From Piedraia hortae CBS 480.64 (lineage: Eukaryota), in NCBI GenBank assembly GCA_010093745.1, contig MU006018.1, positions 1-64,000 on the forward strand: a DNA stretch of 64,000 nucleotides, in the 5' to 3' direction. The notes beneath the pieces were generated by a model. That model did not search any database, was not told the origin of the DNA, and was given only the letters and a program-made list of their open reading frames with translations. The stretch's first letter is position 1. Every line of letters begins with the position of its first letter. A program made the position numbers and the translations under genes. Shown in pieces: positions 1 to 12,465 of this stretch.

Positions 1-884
1 AAGTCGAGAGCCGAGCGACGGTTACTAATAATGCGCGTAATATACCGCATATTCACAACACTTCCTCGTAGAGCTCTAAAGTTCCTACGGAGAAGCCGCG
101 TGGCGAGTAAACCATCTAATTTCATTATATCTACTCCTATCAGCTCTACTCTTATCCTCTCCACGCCTGTTCCAACACATCTTCCAAGAGCTTCAACCAA
201 CATGACATTTTCAACTTGAAGAAGGTCTTACAACAACACCCTTTGGTATATCGATTCGTGAGTGTCGATGGTGCCGACGCCGACGATCTGGAAGACTTTT
301 CCTCAATCCAACCTTTGGTATTCAAGACTCTCAGGAGTATCTATACCAAATCATGTTATTCGCACACTACAACCAAAAGTAATCGCGATTCCATGGTCTG
401 GGCTTCTGGGCACCTTACAGTTTGCACCCACACGCTAGGCAGCCAAAGCCATTGTGCCCATCTCAAAATCGGAGTCCAAGAAGGAACTTATGTCGGCACT
501 GTTGGATGATCTTGCTGTATGCGCAAACGTGGGAATGATTAGTTGGCCATCGTTCAGTCGAATTCAACACTGTTTCAGGCTTGCTGGCGAAAGAGTCTGC
601 GCTTCGCTGTGATACTAGAATAAGCTTCCAGTAAACCACAGAAGAAACTGAAGCATCAAAATGGACATCTCCATTTTGCCATTGTCAGTTGTCTAATTTT
701 CGATGTGTGCACTTGCTATTCTAGCGAGACAGAGCAATGTATTCCTCCTTTCCCTCTCATTTCAATAGCCTCAGAAGTAGACGTAACTCTATGAAAAGTC
801 TAACCCCACCCGCACCGAACATATCTCAATCCCCACTTCCACCTCCCATATACACATCCACTGAACCCAACCGTAAGGGTATGT

Positions 885-1631
885 CTACCTGCCCACTTTC
901 ATCTCCCGCTCCACCATCCTCGCCGCCTCCACCACCTTATCCGGCACATCCACATGCGGAATGAACCCCTTCCCCCTAGGCCCATACCCACCCTCATCAT
1001 CCCTCAACCTCTTCGCTTCCCCAACCAGCAACTCCGCAAACCTCCTCATCTCCCACAGTCCCTGAGGCGAACCCCCCTCCCACTCCAAACTAGCATCCAC
1101 CCTCGGCACAAAAACCGGCCAACAAGTGACCCGCGTCCGCGGAAACGCGCTCTCAAACCCCAGCTGCGTCCGTCTCATCATCGTCGGATCCTGAATCAAC
1201 ACCATCTCACTTGGTAACGCGTCCCCCACAACCTTTCGGGTTTCGGTCGCGTTCGCGCCGCAGTTTGTTGAGCGGTCTTCGATTAGGACTTTGAAGGATG
1301 GGTTGGGGATGTGGAGGTTGAGCATTTCTTTGAGGACGCGGGCTTCGGGAAGACCTTTGATGTGGGGGTAGAGGGAAGAGTAGACTGGGTGGTGGAGGAC
1401 GGAGGTGTACATGTGCTCGGTGCTGTGGCCGATTCCGCCGATGAGGACGAGGGTTTTGCAGAGGGTGGGGTTGTGGGTTAGTTGGGTGAAGAGGGTAGAG
1501 ACTTGGTGGAGGATGGCGGAGGCGCAGAGGGAGATACATTCGACGGGGTGGGTGAGGGTGGGGGTTGGGATGCTACCGTCAGGGAGGGAGAGGTAGGTTG
1601 AGAGGGCATTGATTGAGTCGGAGAGGGACAT
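885..1631 (-). CDS. DUF218 / YdcF-like domain protein
   Basis: Intronless 248-aa ORF with GGIGHST, PEARVL, IEDRSTNCGANA and QDPTMMRR motifs typical of YdcF/DUF218. Confidence 0.8.
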   Translation of the reverse strand: MSLSDSINALSTYLSLPDGSIPTPTLTHPVECISLCASAILHQVSTLFTQLTHNPTLCKTLVLIGGIGHSTEHMYTSVLHHPVYSSLYPHIKGLPEARVLKEMLNLHIPNPSFKVLIEDRSTNCGANATETRKVVGDALPSEMVLIQDPTMMRRTQLGFESAFPRTRVTCWPVFVPRVDASLEWEGGSPQGLWEMRRFAELLVGEAKRLRDDEGGYGPRGKGFIPHVDVPDKVVEAARMVEREMKVGR

Positions 1632-1752
1632 TTTGGGTCTATAGCTCTGCAGAATTTGGAAGAGGGGAAAGTTCCCGTGATGTCGGTGACGTCAGGGTTG
1701 GGTGTCACTCCAACAAAACCACCCACAAACTGCCAGTTGGCTGATTACAGCA

Positions 1753-2508
1753 ATGGACGCGGCAGCCTACCTAACCCGCCACGGCTGGCGCGGCAAAGGC
1801 CACTCCTTGGACCACTCTAACCGTGGCCTAACCAAACCACTGATGATCTCCAGAAAGGTCGACGTCCTCGGCGTGGGAATCAACAAGCACGCCGCCGTCA
1901 GCGACCAGTGGTGGATGCGCGCATTCGACGAAAGCCTCAAAAGCTTCGGAACCGGCAAGGAGAGTATGCTCTCTCAGGTGAGCAAGTACGGCCACAACCG
2001 GGGCGGATTATACGGCCGATTCGTCAAGGGCGAGGGCCTAAAAGGAACGATTACCGAAAACAAAAAGAGAAAGCTTGACAACACCGACGACGAAGTCACG
2101 AACAAGAAGACAAAACCCACCGATAACGAAGCGAAAACCCATCCCCCAAACGAAACCAAGCGCCAACTCCGCAACCTTATCAACGGCGCCATCGCGCTGG
2201 GCCTATTAGACCCCAAACCCGGTCGCAAAACCCCCCCTCCCCCGCCCAACGAGCCAGAAATTCGCCTGATCTGGTCTCGAATCCCTTCCACCGAACCCAC
2301 GCAAGCGCGAAAACTCTTCAAACGCGCAGCGCGCCAACACATCGAAGAAGCCAACTCCCCCGCAACACTAACCAGAGCAAAGCGGCGAGGTATGACAGTA
2401 GAGCAGTACCTCCTCCGATCACAAACCCAACCCGACGACGCCCTGAAGCGGAAACAGCTCAGAGCGGAGCGGCGGCGACAACAATGCTCAAATCCCAACC
2501 CTAAATAA
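1753..2508 (+). CDS. TMA23: G-patch-like ribosome biogenesis protein Tma23
   Basis: From ATG 1753: MDAAAYLTRHGWRGKG...LGVG...DQWWMRAFD...LYGRFVKGEGLKGT, followed by a basic C-terminus. Confidence 0.75.
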   Translation: MDAAAYLTRHGWRGKGHSLDHSNRGLTKPLMISRKVDVLGVGINKHAAVSDQWWMRAFDESLKSFGTGKESMLSQVSKYGHNRGGLYGRFVKGEGLKGTITENKKRKLDNTDDEVTNKKTKPTDNEAKTHPPNETKRQLRNLINGAIALGLLDPKPGRKTPPPPPNEPEIRLIWSRIPSTEPTQARKLFKRAARQHIEEANSPATLTRAKRRGMTVEQYLLRSQTQPDDALKRKQLRAERRRQQCSNPNPK

Positions 2509-2584
2509 TCGCACTAATCTCAATCTGGAACCCCCACTTCACTCTCTGAAATTCTGAAATTTTGCAACGTAGTGTCAACCATCC

Positions 2585-3517
2585 ATGTCTGCAGAGGAGA
2601 TTCTAACGCAGATTGCGACAAGCACGGACGCGGCAGCGTCAAACCTCACCTCGCGCATCGCGATCTTCCCGGGGGGGATCTCTCTCCTCGACCTGAAGAA
2701 CGAGCTCTTCCTGGCGTACCTCCAATTCCTTGCACTGCGTAATCTGGTTATTATTCGCGGGGTGAAAGATAACCGACAGGTTAAAGACATGGAGGAAGAG
2801 AGTATCACGCAAAATCTAGCGGAACTGAGAACGTGGTTGGAGCGGGGGATCAAACCCCTCGAAGAGAGGATCAGGACGCAGGTGGAGAAGGTGCTTCGCT
2901 GCGCAGAGGATGCGGATTCTGCGCCCAAGAGGGTTAACCCTGTAGAGGAGGAGAGTGAGGGCGAGGATGAAGAAGATGAGGAAGCTGTGGCTCGTCCTTT
3001 GACGACTAGTTTCCCGACGAAAGAGGCTCCAAAGGTCGAGGAGGGGAAGGGGAAGGGGAAGGTTTACCGTCCCCCCCGCTTTCAGCCTATGGCTATGCCG
3101 GAGAAGAAATCGAAGCATGCTCTGCGGACGTCGAGGGCGGTTGAGGAGTTTATCCAGGCTGACCTTGCGGATGCGCCTACCGCTCAGCCGAGCATCGGGA
3201 GTGGGTTGCATGATGCGGGGGAGAGGAGGCGCGCAAAGGAAAGGGAGCGGAAGGAGTATGAGGAGATTAACCTTGTGCGTTTGCCGCAGGAGAAGAAGAA
3301 GAAGGGGAGACATGGTAGGGATAGGATGGGTGATGGGTTGAATGTATTGGAGGGATTGTCGGGGGATTATAGCATGACTTCGAGTAAGGGTAGAGAGGGC
3401 GCGCTGGAGAAGAGTAAGAAACGGAGTAGAGATGTGGATGCACAGGAGGGGGCCGTTGGAGAGAGATTCGAGAGGAAGCGGAAGAGGTTGGAGAAGAGGA
3501 GTAATCGTAGACGGTGA
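2585..3517 (+). CDS. LCP5: Sas10/Utp3/C1D-family U3 snoRNP protein (Lcp5/neuroguidin)
   Basis: GISLLDLKNELFLAYL, IKPLEERIRTQVEK, VYRPPR and EYEEINLVRL motifs. Confidence 0.8.
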   Translation: MSAEEILTQIATSTDAAASNLTSRIAIFPGGISLLDLKNELFLAYLQFLALRNLVIIRGVKDNRQVKDMEEESITQNLAELRTWLERGIKPLEERIRTQVEKVLRCAEDADSAPKRVNPVEEESEGEDEEDEEAVARPLTTSFPTKEAPKVEEGKGKGKVYRPPRFQPMAMPEKKSKHALRTSRAVEEFIQADLADAPTAQPSIGSGLHDAGERRRAKERERKEYEEINLVRLPQEKKKKGRHGRDRMGDGLNVLEGLSGDYSMTSSKGREGALEKSKKRSRDVDAQEGAVGERFERKRKRLEKRSNRRR

Positions 3518-3680
3518 TTTCAGGATAATCCTAAAGACTCAGGACTCCTCCGCCCACGCAGATCGGGGTGTAGGCTGTCTGCTGCTGGATCTCTGTTCGA
3601 TTGTGAGATGGACCCCAGTATCGCTGTAAACACTCACTTCAAACCCCTCTGATTCGCCTCCAGAGCGTTGCGGTATTCCC

Positions 3681-5366
3681 CTACAGCCTCGTAAGTCTCG
3701 CTTCCCACAGGATGTCAAAATACAAACCGCAAACCCTCCACCTCTGTCCTACAAACGAGAGACAATCCTTCAACTCCTCTACATGTTCCACGCACGTAGG
3801 ATTCGACTTGACAAACATGGCAAGCACCTTGGCCGCATTGTACAGACACGGAATGACAAAAGGAGTAATCAGCTGAATATTAGCCATGCGAATACGCCGT
3901 GAGAGCGTTAGCACCGCTATACTGATATTTGACAAACCTTCTGTCGATTCGTTTTGCAACGGAACCTGTTTGTTAGAAGGGCTTTTTTCCCGACGAGAAT
4001 ACGTCTCGTAGAGACTGAGCAGTGCGTTGTAGCATATTGCGAGTGAATCAACCTCATCTTCGATGACGCTGGCAAGTGTCTGTAGGTTTTCACTCAGCTG
4101 TATCGCCTCGCCGTCATCGGTTTCTTCATGGGTTATGACTCTGCCTAGAAGAGTAAAGGCCTGACAAGTTCGCGCGAAGGGGGAGACGCGGACTGAGTAC
4201 GGGGCGGAGAGGGATAGTCTCTCAGTAGGATGATTGATGCTTTCAAACTGTGCCTCGTCAGCGGGCAGGGCGCTGTCCGCTGTAGGATGTGGAGTTGCCA
4301 AGGGCCGCTTTCCGCATGATCCGATATTGACAAGCCAGTCCAGTATGAGAACCGCCCACCATGTGCGACGGCCTTCTTCCTGTTCCGGCCAACACTGGAA
4401 GCCGGAGATTATTTGGGGAGCTTTACTCCCGTGCAATCCAAGGGTATGGCCTAATCGAGCAGCGTGGCCCGTGGAGAGATATGCTGCGGGATAGATGCCG
4501 TGTCCGATCTCATAAAGACTGATCAACACCAATGCCTGGAGTAATGGTAGTTCAGGCCCGTTCTGGGCCTCTTGAGATGAGTAAAAGTTCTTTACATCCT
4601 GGTACAACTGGCCTTGCGCAGACTCGACGGGCACGTCGCAGACCAGCTTCATGGCGAGCAGTAAGAGGACCATGCCCGCGCCCGGCTCACTGGTCAGTTG
4701 CTGGTACATTCTCGTCCTGCAAAGTATAGGGAAGTACGTGTGCACCGTCGCAAAGTAATGATCAACCATGACGCGCGCCTCGGCTGCGCTCCCCATGGCA
4801 TTCAAGACCGCAGTCGGGGCGCGAACGTTGCCATTGTGCATTTGCAACGGACTATCGAAAGCAGATCCATCCAGAAAAATAAGAGACGGAAAAGAGGGAG
4901 TCGGCCAATTGGACGATGGTCCACCGCCCCTCAGCGCAGAAGACACCAGGTTCTTCAGATCCACAACTTCCTGGCGCAGTGCGGATAATTCCTCGGCCGC
5001 AGTGTTTGTCGGCCGCGTATCATCAATGTAGTCACAGTGTCGTCCGATGCGCCGACACAGACTGCAGGTTGGGAGCAGCTTGTCGCAGCGCCGCTTCTGT
5101 TTTTTACACGATGCACACGCAAGAGGGGCGAGCGGTTCTCCGGGTCTCGTGTATACAGTATTAATATCGGTGCGGGTAGGGATTTCCACCGTGCGGTCCA
5201 TGTGCGGTGGCGGACTTTTCGGCCGCTCGTTCGGTTGGATTGACATCAAGGCTTGGCGTGTCACACTGTAAATATCTTGAAACGATTCTTTATGCATGCT
5301 TGGGAATGAAGATGCGCTAGTTGACATGGTAGCGTTCAATCGCCTACTTCTTTCATTTGCAGTCAT
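3681..5366 (-). CDS. Zn(II)2Cys6 transcription factor with fungal-specific middle homology domain
   Basis: ACASCKKQKRRCDKLLPTCSLCRRIGRHCDY cluster, plus YFATVHTYFPIL and EEGRRTWWAVLILD. The start ATG is uncertain. Confidence 0.9.
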   Translation of the reverse strand: MTANERSRRLNATMSTSASSFPSMHKESFQDIYSVTRQALMSIQPNERPKSPPPHMDRTVEIPTRTDINTVYTRPGEPLAPLACASCKKQKRRCDKLLPTCSLCRRIGRHCDYIDDTRPTNTAAEELSALRQEVVDLKNLVSSALRGGGPSSNWPTPSFPSLIFLDGSAFDSPLQMHNGNVRAPTAVLNAMGSAAEARVMVDHYFATVHTYFPILCRTRMYQQLTSEPGAGMVLLLLAMKLVCDVPVESAQGQLYQDVKNFYSSQEAQNGPELPLLQALVLISLYEIGHGIYPAAYLSTGHAARLGHTLGLHGSKAPQIISGFQCWPEQEEGRRTWWAVLILDWLVNIGSCGKRPLATPHPTADSALPADEAQFESINHPTERLSLSAPYSVRVSPFARTCQAFTLLGRVITHEETDDGEAIQLSENLQTLASVIEDEVDSLAICYNALLSLYETYSRREKSPSNKQVPLQNESTEGLSNISIAVLTLSRRIRMANIQLITPFVIPCLYNAAKVLAMFVKSNPTCVEHVEELKDCLSFVGQRWRVCGLYFDILWEARLTRL

Positions 5367-6890
5367 GTCCGCCCAGAATTCTTGCAAGTTGAAGATACGA
5401 ACGCACTTTTACTCTACCCCACTTTAATTACGCCAAGATTGGTGTGGAGAGGGTCTATCCGTCTGCCAGGCAACAAGTGATCCTATTACTCGGCAGAACA
5501 ACATTATTCTACAGCCCTGCTGCTAGTAATTTTACCTATGCATGATTGTGTCCTTGAACTTGGACACCCGTATGTTTGGATGTCGTGTCCCAACATTAAC
5601 ATCTCCACTCTGCCAGCATTGTACCGGCTGCTGATGAGAATTGTGAGTGCTGGTCGGATCGGGCTTTGGTGATGAGATGTGCAGATAGGTATATATACCA
5701 CTCTTTCGGAACAAAATCTCGAGTATCGTTCGTGGAGCTCAATTAGAATCTAAGCCGACACGGGATATGTGATACTCAAATATCAGTTTGACCGACAACA
5801 TGGCCCGATTTGATCATTGGGTGAAAATATATATGGGCGAAAATTTGCATTGTCAAACATCTTTGCGTGTGAGCAAAGTTGTCGTAATTCACAATGGCTA
5901 AGAATAACTTGAGAGATGCAAGATGAATAACGGGATCTTCCGTGTTAACCGCGAACCCACGGTGCTGTGGTAGAATGGCTCCCAGTTGACTATGGGTTTG
6001 AGAGTCCCACTTGTTGGTTTCGTGATATTTCTCGCCAATTGAGTACAGCTACATTACCGAGGTAGTAGACATGCCGAGATAAAGTTTATCCACTATACTT
6101 CCTCTGAACGTAATCAGTCGTGACCACAACAAAGGGAGAAGTTTGGGATGGAAAATGCTATTCTGAAAAGTCAGCATTGAGCACGACTCTTTCAAGGATA
6201 CCGTAGAGCATCTACCTACGATATCAGAACGTTGATGATCAGAGGAACCTCGAAAGGGGATCTACGAATGCAGAGGTTTGCAGGTTACGATTGGAGGGCT
6301 GTATGCAAGGCAGAGCCATATCCCTATGGAGGATATGATCGTAGTTTTGCCTTCAACCCTCGAAGTTTCAAAACTCACAGCCGTATAGATAAGCCACTCG
6401 AAGTTTGGTCATCAATGATCTACCTCTTGCTCTCGGATCATCCATGACCGACGTGTACCAAGTGTAGGCGCTAGCAGACCTGCCGTGACTGCATACGTCA
6501 TGCGGCAGTTGAAACTGTAAACCGTTCGAAAGAAGTCACAAGAGTGAGACAGCTCTAGGTTAGGGTTAAAGCCAAAGTCTTCGGCCACTAGCTCCGTCAG
6601 GGGAGTAACGACAGCCACCAAGTATGCGCTTAGCACCGAAAACTTCCGGCGACCAATGGCAACGGCTCAGAGATGATTCATCAGGAAGAGCGGGATTGAC
6701 TAAGCGAGATTGGCCCGACATAGGGTCGTGACAGACCGCTTGGTGCATGATCTCGCGAGTGCCTGGACAACCACCCTACCAAAAATATCCTGCCATTCCA
6801 GAATGAGGCATTGATGATCGTGGACTACTGATACGAGATGGCATAAAGAGAGTACAAGAGTTAAACGACAACACGACCAAGAGAGACCCG

Positions 6891-9800
6891 ATGGTTCTGG
6901 ACGACGTCATGCGGGCTGCGGCACCTGCGGCACCGACGTCACAGCAGGCGGGGCGGGCGGGGCCGATGGACGGATCATCCCGTCCCCGCGTCACACCGCC
7001 CACCACGCCCAAAGGCGAAATTTTGGCCGTTTCCAAGACGAGGAGTGGCAATGACGCCGGCCACGAGATCAACGAATGCATTGGCGCGCAGCCAATGAAC
7101 TTTGCGACTTCACCGTCGTCTCTGTTCACATCACCCAGCCAACTGCCACGTCGTCCAAGGCCGTCACAGTCACCGCCATCCAGTCCCCGGACGAAACAAC
7201 GATTGCTGCCGCTAAGAAGACAGACGCTACCGCTATTTGACAACGCGTCCGGAGTTAGGAGCGGGCGGAGCCATCACGTATCGACCGAGTCCGAGAGCAA
7301 TCCATGTGCGCCGACGAGGCTGTCGCGGAAGAGCGTAGCGGAAAGAAGTTCCAGCCAAGACGCTGCGACTGCTGCGGCCAATAGAAAGCGGGATACGGAC
7401 GACGGCAACTTGGAATCGGGCAAGAGACGGCGCGTGATCGAGAAATCGTCGCCAGCTCGAATTCGGGGCCCGTTGCCGGCCCTTTTCTTCAGCAACAACC
7501 CGTTCCTGAGGCCCGTCTTGCCGCCGCGATTCAGCAGCGCCGAGGCGGCGGCCAGGATGCTGAGCAAAGCGCAGTTGGAGGATGGTCTGGTCAAGACGGT
7601 CAGCCTCCCGCGCGGCACCGTTAGCACGACGCTCGAGGGGAAACAGTCGTCGCGGAGCCCGACGCCGGCTATGACGGTAGCGCGCAGATGGAGTGAGCGG
7701 AGCAGTGCGAGTCGGTCCAGCACCATCAACAGCATGGCATCGTCGCGCGATCCCATGGCCAGCATCGGTGCGGTGGAGCTTCTGGACCAGGACGAGCGGC
7801 CGGTCTTCGCTGTTGATCTCGCCGATCATGCCAATTACGGACCGGGCCCGCTGCGGCTGGCATATGTGAATCCTGCCCTAAACGCTGTGACGGGCCTTGC
7901 GCAGGATATATCAGGCGAGTCGCAGGGCTCGCCGGACATGTTTTTGCAGTTCAAATGCTGGCTGTTGGGCGTTAATCTGACTGGCGAGGCCATTAGCGCA
8001 CCCTTACCCAAGATGGACTTCATGGGGATGACGTGGAATTTTGTAACTCTGAAGAAGCGGATGCGCATCGTTTCTGGCTCTCCGTCTGTCACCACCATGG
8101 TGGCCTCGGAGACTTGCAGTCCTACGCCCGCAAACCCGATAAAGACGCGGGCGATGGTGCAATCATCCGACTACTTTGGCAGAACCAGCAGCCCGCCGCT
8201 AAATCGGAGCGAAGATTCTCCTGTCTTCTCCTACACGGCACGCATATCGTCTTTGCCGGCGACTCCCAGTGTCCTTCTCTCGCCGCGCCTCGAGTCCGAC
8301 TCGGAAGACGCAATTTACACAGGAAGTGCGTTACCATCACCGACATTATCACCATTCTTTGACTGGACGCGCCTGCCGGTGGACGACAAAATGCCAGCCC
8401 ACGTCCGCTTTGCGCGCAGCGTCGACTGGGCCAACACGAGTCTGGGGCCGATAGAGACTTGGGACTCCGACCTGCGCGAGATGTGCAACCTCATCATGGC
8501 CAGTCCGTACCCGGCGGCGCTGTACTGGGGAGACGACAACGTGGTGCTGTACAACGAGGCATATGTGCCGCTGGCGGGCAAAAAACACCCGTGGCTGATG
8601 GGCCAGACCTACAGCAACGCATGGTCCGAGATCTGGGACGACATTGAAGAGGTTTTTGCGCTGGCCAAGGCGACAGGCAAGGCTACGATGAAGGATGACG
8701 ACTGTCTGTTCATGAAGCGAAGCAATTTCTTGGAAGAAACGTACTTTTCATGGTCAATCATCCCGGTTGTGGGCCACGATGGTAGCGTTAAGGGCCTCTT
8801 CAACCCGGCCTTTGAGAAAACCAGACGGGCTGTGGCCGAGCGGCGAATGCTGACGTTGAGGGAAGTGGGCGAGCGAACGGCACCGGTGCAGGATGTCAAA
8901 TCGTTCTGGCGGCAGGTGCTGGTCTCTTTTAACTACAACGAATACGACAGCCCGTTTGTGCTGCTGTACAGCGTAACCGATGAGGCTGACAGCGACTCGG
9001 GCAGCATGTATAGTGGCTCCTTGGTTGGCGCGCGGCAGTGTCTGCTGGAGGGCTCGCTGGGCGTTCCCGAGGGACATCAGGCCGCACCGCTGCAGATTGA
9101 CCTCATGAACGGCACCGAAGGCTTTGGTCTCGTCTTCCGCGAAGCGCTGAAGAGCGACAGGGCCATTGTGTTAGAGGCGGGTAGCCCTGAGGTCCCGGCA
9201 TCATTGCTGGACGGCATCAAGTGTCGAGGCTTTGGGGACCCGGTGCGGTATGTCGTTGCCTGTCCCATTCATCCAACGACGGGCGAGGCCATCCTCGGCT
9301 TCCTCGTGCTCGGTGTGAATCCGCGTAGGCCGTACGACGACGACTATGCCCTGTTTGTGCAACTGCTGCGACGCCAGCTGGCTACGTCGCTGGCTTCAGT
9401 CGTGCTGTTCGAGGAGGAGATTAGGAGAGGGCAGCGGGCGGCACAGTTGGCGGCATTGGAACGCATCGAGCTGAGCAAACAGCTGGATCAGCGCACCAAG
9501 GAGGCCATGGAGAGCGAAGACAAGTTTACGCGAATGGCAGAGCTGGCGCCGGTCGGAATGTGTATTGTCAATAGTTCTGGCTCCATCACATTTGCCAACG
9601 ATATGTGGTACGACATCTCTGGTGTGGCTCGGTCAAAGGTCTACACGGCCGATATGTGGATAGAGTCGGTCAAGGACGACGATAGGGAGCTCGTGCGGCG
9701 GCTATGGAAAGAGCTGGTTGAGAATCGTGCGCCGGTGAGCAAAGAGTTTCGCTTCAGTGCTCAATGGACCGATGCTTCGGGCGTCAGCGGCGACACCTGG

Positions 9801-11347
9801 GCCCTATTCAGTGCCTTCCCCGAGACCTACGAAGATGGGACATTGAAAAGTGCGTTTGGCTCGCTCACAAACATCACATTACAGAAGCGTGCAGAGGAAT
9901 ACCAGGCGTCGCAGCGACAAAAGGCCGTGGAGATGAAGCGGCAGCAGGAGAACTTCATCGACATCACTTCGCACGAGATGCGGAATCCGCTCTCTGCCAT
10001 TTTACAATGTGCAGACGAAATCATAAACATCCTGACCCGCTGCCGCAATGAAGGTAAAGGCGTTGGGGAAGAAGTCATCACAAGCTGTCTTGATGCGGCA
10101 CAGATCATCAATCTTTGTGCACAGCATCAGAAGAGAATAGTGGACGACATATTGACCCTTTCTAAGCTGGACTCTCGCCTATTGCTGGTGACCCCGGTCG
10201 ACACACAGCCTTTGATGGTGGTGCAGCGGGCACTGAAGATGCACGAGAGCGAGATTCAGGCGGCAGACATCCAAATGAAGCTCGTCGTCGACAAAAGCTA
10301 CCAAGATCTGGGCCTCGATTGGGTGCGCTTAGACCCCAGCCGAATGCTTCAGGTCCTTATCAATCTGACAACAAATGCCATCAAATTCACGGGTTCGGAG
10401 AAGAGGCGGACGATTACCGTTACACTAGGCGCAAGCCTGACCACGCCAGAGTCCCAAGCCGTCGGGGCGGTCAAAGTGCATTATATTGCCCGACGCGAGG
10501 GGAGGCAGGAGCCTGAACCTTCCGACGACTGGGGCACGGGAGAAAGGGTGTTTATCCACATAACCGTCCAAGACAGTGGGCGAGGGCTTGACGACCACGA
10601 GAAGAAAATTCTGTTTCAACGCTTCTCTCAAGCCTCGCCTCGCACCCACGTTCAGTATGGCGGCTCTGGACTGGGCCTCTTCATAAGCAGGGAACTCACT
10701 GAGCTGCAAGGCGGTCAGATCGGCGTCGAAAGCGAAGCCGGGAAAGGCAGCACCTTTGCTTTTTACGTACAGGCGCGCCGCAGCACTGCGCCTGCCGACG
10801 TGGTAGATAAGACAACGCTCGAGGTAGTTGCGAGGAGCCCAAAGGCGCGGAAGAAGCGCGAGACACAGGGGCCGCACAAGGTGCTTGTTGTGGAAGACAA
10901 TCTCGTCAACCAGCGCGTGCTGCAGAAACAACTAAAAAATCTGGGCACAGAGGTGCACCTCGCCAACCACGGCGGAGAAGCGCTCGAAAAGCTCAAGCAA
11001 TCGACGTACTGGACGGGGGATGCAGATCAAAAGCCTAAACTCGAAGTGGAGATTATCCTAATGGACCAGGAAATGCCCGTAATGGACGGATTGACGTGCA
11101 CCAAGAAAATACGAGAACTGGAGCGGCAGGGTCTGCTCAGGGGCCACGTCCCGATCATCGCTGTCACTGCCAATGCCCGCGCAGAGCAGATTCAGACGGC
11201 GCTGGACGCAGGCATGGTAAGTCGGAAAGTGATAAACAACGTATTATGGCTAACGCTTCTCAGGATGATGTCGTTTCAAAGCCTTTCCGCATTCCAGAAC
11301 TGGCAGAAAAGATTGAAGAGCTCATGGCAAAGTACCCTGCGCCATGA
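6891..11347 (+). CDS. Hybrid sensor histidine kinase (GAF/PAS - HisKA - HATPase - receiver)
   Basis: H-box SHEMRNPL, N-box NLTTNAIKF, G1 DSGRGL, G2 GGSGLGL and receiver VLVVEDN/ILMDQEMPVMDG. Intron 11217-11263 (GTAAGT...CTAAC...CAG) restores GMDDVVSKPF and a stop at 11347. Confidence 0.93.
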
Positions 11348-12465
11348 AGATGCTACAAACTCGAGGCACTTATTGGGCTGTCTGTATTGTACCGTATCAT
11401 CCTTGTACATGAAAGTTTATAGATTTCAATTGCCGGATTTGATGTATATGGCTGGCAAATATGAGCTGTCAGTGGGGCTGAGGTATCATTGGGGCTGTCA
11501 GATATAGGCAAAGGATGTCAGATTTACTTTGGCTATCAACTTTGGAGGGTTGTTATCAACCTTCAAAGGATTCCAGATTTCTTTTTGGCTATCAATTTTC
11601 AAAGCTAAAGACGGACAGAGTTCAGTCTTAATCGGCTTCTAGAAGGGCTGCAGATGTCAATTTCAAACGCGGGATAATTTGGACAAGAGGCTTTTTTTGT
11701 TTCACAGCAGAGCCGGGGGGAGGGGGAGGGGTGGGGGGGGTGGAAGCTAGTGCAACAGAGGGATGGTGGAAGCGAGACAAGTTTCCTGGATGCCCGGTAG
11801 TACGGTTTCGGCATTAGCCGCACTAAATTGGCCCAATGCTCGAGCGTGAGGGTGTCAAATTAACGGAAATGGGGGGCAGATCCCTGTCAACACCCCACAT
11901 CATATTCGGCCGATTCTGTCAAGGGTTACATGCAGGAAGCCGCATCGGGCCTGAAAAAGTGTCATCTCCAGTCATTTCCAAACAATTCTGGAGCAATAAC
12001 GGCTTGAGTTATAAAGAAGGACCCAACTCAATTGGAAGGAAAATGCGTAATAAACGACGCATTTGACCCCGCGTTTGGTTTTGGGGCTCCCGGATCCGCG
12101 GACCCGGGAAAATTCTAAAATGGACCCGCAGAGCCGGGCGCCCGCGCGCTTGGGGCTTTCTCCGCCTTTTTTATTCCACTCTGTCCCCCTCCCTCGCTCA
12201 AACACCCCCCTCCCCCCCCTCCCCCCCCAACCCACAAGAACAGCGCGCGCATTCCGGTCGTTGTCCTTTTTTCGGGGGAAAAAAGTTTCCAAAAAATAAA
12301 AACCAGTCGTTTATTTTTTTTTTTTTTTCATGTTTTCTGTTATTTTAGTGGGGGCATTTTTCCCATGCGGCTAGCAGATCATCGGATCTTTTGCGAATTA
12401 CATCTCCTGTTCCCGTCGAGGAGGTGGTTGTCGTTGCGCAAACGATTGTGACATGGAACAGCAAA

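Noticed and set aside
1..720. Short ORFs at the window start
   Set aside because: No recognisable product; the context is truncated by the window edge.
3681..5366. Zn2Cys6 TF as the cluster regulator
   Set aside because: More than 30 kb from the PKS; no evidence of linkage.
5400..6880. Short ORFs between the TF and the histidine kinase
   Set aside because: All are short and lack motifs; more likely divergent promoter and UTR sequence.
11348..11507. C-terminal extension of the 1538-aa kinase ORF
   Set aside because: Artefact of reading through intron 11217-11263; the spliced gene stops at 11347.
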